Below, in pieces: positions 51,099 through 64,000 of a DNA stretch of 64,000 bases. The notes under the pieces are model-generated. The model was not told where the DNA came from, did no database searches, and saw nothing but the letters and a program-made list of their open reading frames with translations. This stretch comes from the human T2T-CHM13v2.0 reference genome, Homo sapiens. Each line of letters begins with the position of its first letter. Position 1 is the stretch's first letter. The position numbers and the translations under genes were made by a program. The stretch lies in NCBI RefSeq assembly GCF_009914755.1, contig NC_060939.1. The stretch is one strand, 5' to 3'.

Positions 51099-53558
51099 TC
51101 AACCACCAGTGTGAAGATAACTGATTCGGACAGGAATCGTCGACAGATGTTAAAACGACCGGGACAAATTTTAATGAGGGAGTTTGTTTACATCATCTCA
51201 AATTATCTCCCTACAAATTATAACTTTTAAACAGAAAAATGGTAACATGACAGTGGGAACACCTGGCAGCCACCACCTCACCCCAGGGACAGAAGTCACC
51301 ATGAGCAGTGAGGGGACAGTTGCCGCCTTGGGCTCCAGGTGCGCCCCGCTGAGGACACGCCCTCCATCTATGGTCTTCTGGAAAAGAGGCCTAACTCTGG
51401 ACTGAGGAAATACCCTTCTGCCAGCTTCTTTCCAGAGCTGCAGCACTGTCACACATTTACCCACTGTACAGGTTAAATTCCAGTCGCAGACCACCTAGGT
51501 CACCTCCTAGAGCCACCACACGTAGCTCACTAACCGGAAGTTAGGCCAGGCAACGAGCAAAGTCCTGGCTTGTGCCATGTAGCTCTCAGAAAACCCTCAG
51601 GCATGGGACTAAAATTCCGGGTAGCATGGTTTATGTGTCTTCTCAGGATTCGACACAGAACTTGGATACGCAAAATCCTGTTTTAAAATGCCTTTCCCAG
51701 ATAACACAGCTCTCCTGATTCCACCAAAGACTTGTGGGAAATGCAGACACAATGGCTTCTACCAACACTCACGGAAGGTGGAGGTTGCTGAGTAAACCGG
51801 AGCTCTTCTGCAGAAAATGCCCCTGTGACAAGCTAGGGTTCCCTGTGAATCACACCTCAAGTGTCCCCAGGCACCAGGAGGCTGAGGTCACTGCATGCTG
51901 ACCTCTGCCCAACAGGTATGGCCCGAGGCAGCAGCTCTGGGTCTCTTGGGGAAACAGGTGACACACATGAAATTGGTTTCCAGATAAGATGGAACCAGCC
52001 TGCCTGTGTCCAGGGTCCCCCATGGGTCCAGGGGCCTCCTGCCGCCCACAGTGGGGACGAGTGCAGCTACCTGGGTGTAAGGCCCCAGCAGATGGCTCTG
52101 AGCAGCTGCACGCATGGCACTGGGTGCACCGTGCTGATCTGCACACAGAAGTGTTCACGTCACCTCCCGGGGTGTGGGGAAGGAGGCGCCTGGCCATCCC
52201 CTCCCTGCTGCTGTGATGTATGTGGTACTGCAGGGGTGCAGACTCGGGATGGAGAGGCCGAGGGCCGCCCATGCCTCACTTTAGAGGACAAATACATTTT
52301 TACCAAGGAAACCTCTGGGGAGTTCACTCATTTTTCTCTCCTATGTATCCATGATTTCCCATTTTTCTATAATTTTGATATATTACTTGTGTAAGAATAT
52401 TTTTGCAATTAATTCCAAGCATAAACATCTTTTAAAAATGTTGAGGAAAATGGACACCATAAAGGTGAGTTAAACAGAGACGGTGGTCTTCACGGTTTGG
52501 TTTCCATGGACCACTCCCAGCCCGGCCTGGAGGCCCCCTGAGCTGAAAAGCCAAGCCAGGTGCTGCCACCTGCAGCCCAGAGCGCGTGGCCATGACCCTG
52601 GAGAATGGCCTCAGTGATGCAACACACCTGGGCCTGACCCACGGCCCCACAGGAAACGCGGTCCTGCACCCAGGGGTCCTGAACAGATGACAGCCACAGC
52701 AGGCAGGACTGGGCCGTGGGGCAGCTGCGCCTCTCCTCTCTCTCATCAGAGCTCTCATCAGAGCTCGGCATCCTGTCTCCTGAGACACAAAACTCTGGGC
52801 CTACAAGTCAGTAAGAATTCAGCCACATGTGGGTGGGACGCGGAGATCAGAGGCAAGCACAAGCACTTATTTGTAAAAGTGCTCCTAACACTCGCATGTG
52901 CACACACCTGCACTCCTCTACGTCTGGATGGAGCTCAGTGGCCAGGCACCTTGCTTGGTGCCCTGGTCATCCCCCCAGGCTGTTGGTGTCTATGGGAAGG
53001 CATGGTGGGTGACACAGACATGTCCCTGGCACGCGCTGACACTGTATAGATGCTGAGCTCAGTGAGCAGAGAAGGAACCTCAGCCAGAATGACCGCCACC
53101 CGGTGTGCGGAGCCCAGGGCAGGGCTGTCCCAGGACTCAGGCCCTACTATGAGGCTGAACCTCAGGATACTGCCAGCATCCACCGTTTCACCACCAATCA
53201 CATCACTTCATGCTGTCCATGGGCGGTGGGTGGGAGGGTGGCTTCCCCACACTCCAACATGCCAGCACGGAAGCATAAGAAGCAGACTCACCCCACTTCC
53301 ACCATCAGGCAAACAGAAAGCCAGGAGATGCAGCCCCACGCAAGCCCCACGTGCAAAGCCATGACCATCCACCCGAGGGTAGACCCGAGGCTGCCTGTGC
53401 ACACAGAAGACACTGGAGGGCCTGCGTGCTCTTCATGTGAGAAGTGATGGGGAGCAGCAAGAGCAGGGAGACAGGGACCTGGTGACATGGAGGAAGCCTG
53501 CGGGGACATGGGTCCCTGAGCGCCTCGCCTGTGGGCGCCTGTGTGGCGGGCACGCTCA

Positions 53559-53843
<285 letters not shown>

Positions 53844-54257
53844 TCACAGTCCCTGGCAGGGCTGCACGGAGGCAGCCCCCAGTGAGCGTAGGCTCTGACA
53901 GGTGACATGAGCTTGCTTCTTGGCACCCCACCTTTTCAGTCACCCCCACTGGGTCATGCCTTTCTCCACTGCAGTCACCTCCACGCCACCTACCCCTGCT
54001 GTCCAGCACCCTGTGGGGCAGCGTGCACGTGTGGCCTGCTACTGCCACCCTTCCCCCCATGTGCCCGCTGAGCCCCGGCCCTGCCCTGCAGTATAACCCA
54101 GCCGGCGGCTGCATCTCCCTGGGCGTTGGAGCTGAGCCAGCTTTCTCTGAGGTGCCTGAAGTCACTGAAAGGCACGTGTGGGTGGCAGGGCAGGTGCACT
54201 TGTTCCCACAGGCCTTGCAAGCCCTCACGTGCGCTGCTCTGGAGCTCGCCCAGGCTG

Positions 54258-54535
54258 CACTGTCCGATGTGGCAGCCGGGGCGGGAGCACAGCTGCTCCC
54301 ACCTGAGGCGCACTACATGAGACACCAGATTTCAAAGACTGAGTAGGACAAAACAGACTAGCAAATACCCACCTCAACTATACTGCCATAGGAATGACGT
54401 GGTGAATTAATATGGGGATACAGTGGATTAAGTATGTTATTAAAAATAACTTCACCTATTTCCTTTTCTAATGAGACTATGGGAAAATTTCAAATTACGG
54501 ATCTGACTTGTGTTCTATTTCTATTGGACAGTAAT
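54258..54535. mobile_element. MER33-like DNA transposon
   Basis: ctgtccgat...tattaaaaataacttcacctatttcc...tatttctattggacag. Confidence 0.6.
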
Positions 54536-55348
54536 GGCCTCGATCAAAGCCTCGACCAATGATTTTACTCAAAATCATATTTGGCCAATGCCAACAGAAA
54601 CACCATGGCCTGTACCAAATTACGCTCGTAGAAAAAGGCCGCCACAGGTCTGTCTCTGAGTCCCAGCCTGTTTGACTCTAAGGATGAATACGCAGGGCCC
54701 TGCTCTGAAGTGCAGAGATGCTCACAGGGACACGCACTGTGCCCGCCAGCGCCCAGTGTCTGCCAGCCAAGGTCTGTTCTCCAGGAATGAACAATCCTCT
54801 GGAGCCCTGGCACGTTCATTACCATCTGTCTGCAGCCTTTATTCTCAGAAGATCAATTTGGCTGGCGACCAAACCCTCGATTCACAGTTCCTTTCCTTGG
54901 CTCTGGTGAAGGTCTGAGGACAATCGGATTTTCCTTCCCTGCCTGCCCTGCTCAGACAGCCCAAGGACTTCTTCCTCACCTGGAAAGTCCAAAACTTTCA
55001 CTGCAATACCGTTTTTAAATGTATTATTATTATTTTTTCTAATCTTCAACCAGCCTAAGATGCAGTATTTCTAAGTGTTGACAAGCTTGGGTCGGTTTTA
55101 CCAAATACATGATGTATGCTTTTAATAGACACTTTCAAGGTGTCTTCTATTTTATCAATATTTTCTTGAAATAGATGCCAGTCGGCCCTGTTCCGTTGCT
55201 TTGGTTTTCTTCTTGAGGAAGCTGTATGACAGGTACACTGAATCTTCATCATCCATGATGATGATCATCTGAGAACATCATTTCCTCTCAAATCCTTTTT
55301 CTGCTTTAATTTCTTTTTGATTTTAAAAATGTTCCCTCTTTTCATTCC

Positions 55349-56617
<1,269 letters not shown>

Positions 56618-57975
56618 CAGCAACTACTACTTTCTTCATTTCTTTTAGCTCACTGTGAAAGATGAAGTTACAGTTTCCATGGTCCGTGGGTGTCTGTCTG
56701 ACGTGCCTCCACTGTCTGTAGGGACACTGCTGTGCACTTACATTTTCTTTTTTAGTGTAATACGTCTAAAGGGGATTGGACCATGATCTTTACCTGTGGC
56801 TCGACTGGAAGTGAAATAAGCTCTCTCATGCTTCTGAAGAGGAAGAGGGGTTGGTCAGGGCCAAGAGTAACAGCACTGGCTCAAGCCTTCTGAGACCTGC
56901 CTCTCATGCTCCCCTCCGCCATGATCCTAACCCTTACCAGCTTACATGCTATTCCCAGCAGCTTCTCCCATGGGCAGCTTTGTCTTAGGAGGGAATTTTG
57001 ATTTATTCAATTCCAGAGTCAGCAGGGCCTACTGTTTTAGCTCCCTGAAACCTGTTCTCATCTCAGGCATCTTTGAAGAGCTCTGTCTAAATTATTCTCT
57101 GTAGGCCACCAGCCTGGGCTCCTTGACTCCAATGGTGCCAGGTGGCGGGCAGCACAACTCATGTGTACTCAAATTGCCTGACTCACAGGGGTGCCAGCGT
57201 TGGCACAGGGGTGCCAGTGTTGACTAAAGGACTGTGGTATCCCCAGGGCTGGCACAAACGATCGGCCTTCGGAAGTCTCATTGATCTGGATAAAGGGAAA
57301 AGCCCTAGGCCGACCAATACCAGCCTAACTTGAATCATCATAAAAGAAATTCATGGCTCCTCAACCAGTTCTCAGACCCAGAGCTCCTTGGGTGAAGGGG
57401 AGAAAGGACCTTGTGCATTTTGTTAGAAAATGCACACTGTAAACCCTCCCCCTGCTCCCACAGTGGAAACGGACGTGTGGCCATGCACCAATGACCACGC
57501 ACTGGAGAAGGGAAGACAACCAGCCCATTCAGGCTTACTGCCTACTAGCTCTGATTAAATCCTAAAGATTCAAAGGCACCACAGGCCGAGGGTCAGAGTT
57601 GGGGGGTGGTCAGGTGATCCACAGAGCTGTGGTTCGGGGGCCCGCTCACTGAGGTCCCCCTGTGGCTCCGGCCCTGGCTCCAGCATGTGTAGTTGGGTGG
57701 CACACCTGAGTGGCAGGCCGGTGTCTTCTGTCCACGTTAAGGTCTTTCTGCCATCTTCTCTTCAGACAAGTCTTCCGTGACACCACTCTCTCTCTCATCT
57801 CCTCTAACACTCCAGTTACACGTTAGGTCTTTCCACTGTTTTCTACATTTCTTATGCTCTTTTCTGTCTCATTCATTTTTATTTTTCTCTGTTCCCCAGT
57901 TCAGATGTTTTTAACCTCTGTTTTCCTGTTCCTTAGTCTTGCCTCTTCCTGTGTTCAAATTGTGATAGAGACACA

Positions 57976-58686
<711 letters not shown>

Positions 58687-58831
58687 TAAACATTTTTATC
58701 TCCTAGCTCGTTCATACTAAAATGTAAACACGTTATTAAGTGGTGTGCTACCTTTTGCCATAGTTGGCGATTTTTTCAAGATTGGGGTTATGTGTTTGTT
58801 AAGTCAATTTAGCATTGTGAACACTGAGTGT

Positions 58832-58994
58832 AGGCTTGGTATAGGCCACGCCCGATGAGTGCATCTCTTTTATTATCTATACAAGAGGCTTGGTATAGGC
58901 CACGCCCAGTGAGTGCATCTCTTTTATTATCTATACAAGAGGCTTGGTATAGGCCACGCCCGATGAGTGCATCTCTTTTATCATCTATACAAGA
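58832..58994. repeat. Minisatellite, 54-bp unit x3
   Basis: aggcttggtataggccacgcccgatgagtgcatctcttttattatctatacaag at 58832, 58886 and 58940. Confidence 0.96.
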
Positions 58995-59023
58995 ACTGGA
59001 CCTACCCTTAGTCCAATTTATCA

Positions 59024-59233
<210 letters not shown>

Positions 59234-60009
59234 TCACCAGAGACCCTGGAGAAGCTGGTCTGTCAATAACGACACCCTTTACAACCACGTTCAAGACCCA
59301 TCTCCCCACATACATGGCAGCCTGTGTGTGTCTTTTTACAGGTGTTATGACGATAAATAAAATTACTCCATCTCTATTTTGGCCTACTAGGAACATATCC
59401 ATACTTCAGTGTTGTTCTAACTACATAAAAATATGACAAAGCCCTGGTGAAAATGTCCAAAAATGTGCATGATGATTATTCGTGTATAGAGAGTAGAATT
59501 AAATGCAATTTTTTTTAGTTTTCCATATTTTACTAACTAGTTTTGTGTGTGTAATGTAACATCACTTTTAATTTTTAATTTTTTTTCTTTTTTTAATGTT
59601 TGTGGGTACGCAGTAAGTGTACATATTTATGGGGTACATGAGATGTTTTAATACAGGCATGCAATGTGAATCTTTTTTTAAAAGCTGTAAAAAATAAGCA
59701 CTGTATATCTTTAAATTCTTCCTGCTGGCCAGGAGAAAGTTTTCTCTGATACTCTGAGCTGATGAGTGCTTCTCACCTTCATTCTTTTTAAGCTCTGGCT
59801 TTTGGGCTCCTGGAGAAGGGCTGACCCCTCCGGGCTATGCCTGCCCCCAGGAGCCGCAGGGCAGATACAGAATGCTGCAGGTGTTCCCTGTGTGTGAGGT
59901 GACCCAATAGAAACGGTGTGTCTTTCAATGCCTAACAATTTATAAGGACGTTCACAGTCACAAGGCATGCTGATATCTAAACCTAGCTAGCTATAAGAAA
60001 TCTCAATCA

Positions 60010-60313
<304 letters not shown>

Positions 60314-60343
60314 GAAAACCCAGTCTTTTCAATGCACACTCTA

Positions 60344-60538
<195 letters not shown>

Positions 60539-60589
60539 TCAGATCAAATTATGAAACGTTTTGTATCAAAATCACACACCAGATACTCA

Positions 60590-60715
<126 letters not shown>

Positions 60716-60768
60716 TCAAATAACAAGGTGAAAAACAAAATGTTTCGTTAAGGCAACTAACTGAGGCT

Positions 60769-61045
<277 letters not shown>

Positions 61046-61927
61046 CTAAAGAAACTAGCAATAATCTTACTGTCCAACAACAGCACACTAAATAAACTGC
61101 AGTGTGGCCAGGAGTGACTACCACACTGCCACAGAAAACTAGGCTAGAACCAATCTTACTGAGGGAGAAAAATATTCCTATTCTCTGAAATGCAAGAGAG
61201 AATCAACAAGGCTCTCTTCACTGTGTGCAGTGACCACGAGGAGCTACTGTGCATTGCAGGTGGGTTCCTGCCCTGGGGCAGCTCCGCCTACTGTGCACTC
61301 CAGGAGGCACCACCGAGGGCCTTCCCTGGAGCAAAGCGGCTGTTCTGGGTGTGAGATTGGTCAGGAGGTACCCTCAAAAGACCCTTACTTGCAGATGGGA
61401 TTCGCACTATCTCCTGGAACTGTGAGGAGAATACCTGTGCTTCGTGGCAAGTGGGACCCAGGACCCATCTGCCCAGCAGACAGGGCCAAGAAGGGCGTCT
61501 CTGCCCTCCTCCCATCCTGCAGGGCCGGGGACCTGTGACATCTCCCTGAAGCACCATTTTCAGGTGGTCTTTGTGAGAAGGCAGAGGAGATGATGTGTAG
61601 AATAAGGTTCATCTCCTTAAATGTGCATACACTAACCTGAGAATTCCACCTGTGGGAATTTGTCCTATAGAAGTCATGCGATGCAAATAAAAAACATGCC
61701 AGGGAGTGCAGCAGAGTGCTATTTATAAAATCCAAAACCAAAAAAATAGAGAAATAAAACAGGAGTTGCTTCAGTTGAACATCAAAGATCATGCTCATAA
61801 CCAAAAATAGATGAGGACACAGACACCGCAGTGACACACGGTCAAGTGAAAAAGCGCATCCTGCACTCATCGTGGAAGCATATCCACAGAGGAAGGGCTT
61901 GCTCCCACATGCTTGCTTCGTGGTTTA

Positions 61928-62170
<243 letters not shown>

Positions 62171-62491
62171 TCACTCGCAGCTCCGACAGCCTCGCCCCAC
62201 CTCAGAAACTCAACTCCATTTTCCACCTCTCACGTAAGGAAAAACAACTTTCACTTCAAACACCAGTCCTCCTGTGAAAGCACGTGGTGGCTGCGCCTGA
62301 GGCGGCCGCCACACCCACCAGGCTGCGAGGATGCTTGGGGACAGCAGACGCTCACTGAAGGCCACACACGGACAAGGGCCTCCACCTGCCTGCATCTTCT
62401 CACTTAGCAGACTTTAAAATATTTCACTACAAGTACATAGGATTTTTAACAAAAGAAAATTATTTTCTTATTTCAAGAATGAACTCCAAGG

Positions 62492-63513
<1,022 letters not shown>

Positions 63514-64000
63514 TCACCAGGAGCATGTCCAGCATGGCCCATGGTTGAAGGCCCGTCTCCCACTACCTCATATCTGGACAAAGGCCATGGCCAGGGGCAA
63601 GGAGGCCCATGCCTGAAGGAGGCCTCCAAGCTGGTTCCAGCTCCTCACGCCACCCCAATGCTGTGCAACGAGCCATCAGAGGCTCTGCCCACACAAATGG
63701 CATGGCCATGCCACAGCCACAGAGAGTGGAAGGTGACTGCCCTTACCATCTCCTGGGCACCACAAGGGATGTGTGAGGACTGACGCACAAGGAACTCAGG
63801 GGCTTCCCACTCACGGTGCTCAGAAGACAGACCGGCTGGGCGGCTCCCCAGTCGCTCACCATGAGACACACCCTTTTCCAAACACTTTCCCTTCCATGAA
63901 CTTTATATTTTGAAAGACTGCCCTTCCATCTAGGTCCACAGTCCTGATCCCCAGAACAAAGCTGTTCAATCAATACTTCCTTTCCCCACTTCATCTGGGT

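Overview
Human (primate) genomic DNA from the 15q11.2 BP1-BP2 region, containing two convergent genes. On the + strand is the complete coding region of NIPA2 (Mg2+ transporter, 360 aa; five coding exons at 1579-16699, CDS 1083 nt with all splice phases consistent) and its 3' UTR. On the - strand are the last 14 coding exons of CYFIP1 (SRA-1; about residues 662-1253, stop at 19876-19878). The introns hold about 50 Alus, a full-length two-LTR THE1D/MSTA-type MaLR element, solo LTRs, old L1/L2/MER fragments and several minisatellites. Nearly all ORFs in the supplied track are Alu, repeat or antisense artefacts. The most unusual signals are two Alu insertions whose target-site duplications enclose extra 3' sequence and a second A-tail (apparent Alu 3' transductions); for one of them the source locus lies in this window, 25 kb away. 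Also notable: a perfect 35-bp-stem hairpin in a CYFIP1 intron, an AUG-stop minimal uORF upstream of NIPA2, interleaved poly(A) signals suggesting overlapping NIPA2/CYFIP1 3' UTRs, a 54-bp VNTR carrying intronic AATAAA motifs, a zero-spacer inverted Alu fusion, and sharp exon-scale GC3 mosaicism. No prokaryote-type system (CRISPR, operon) is present. Repeat boundaries and subfamily calls were made by eye and are approximate.
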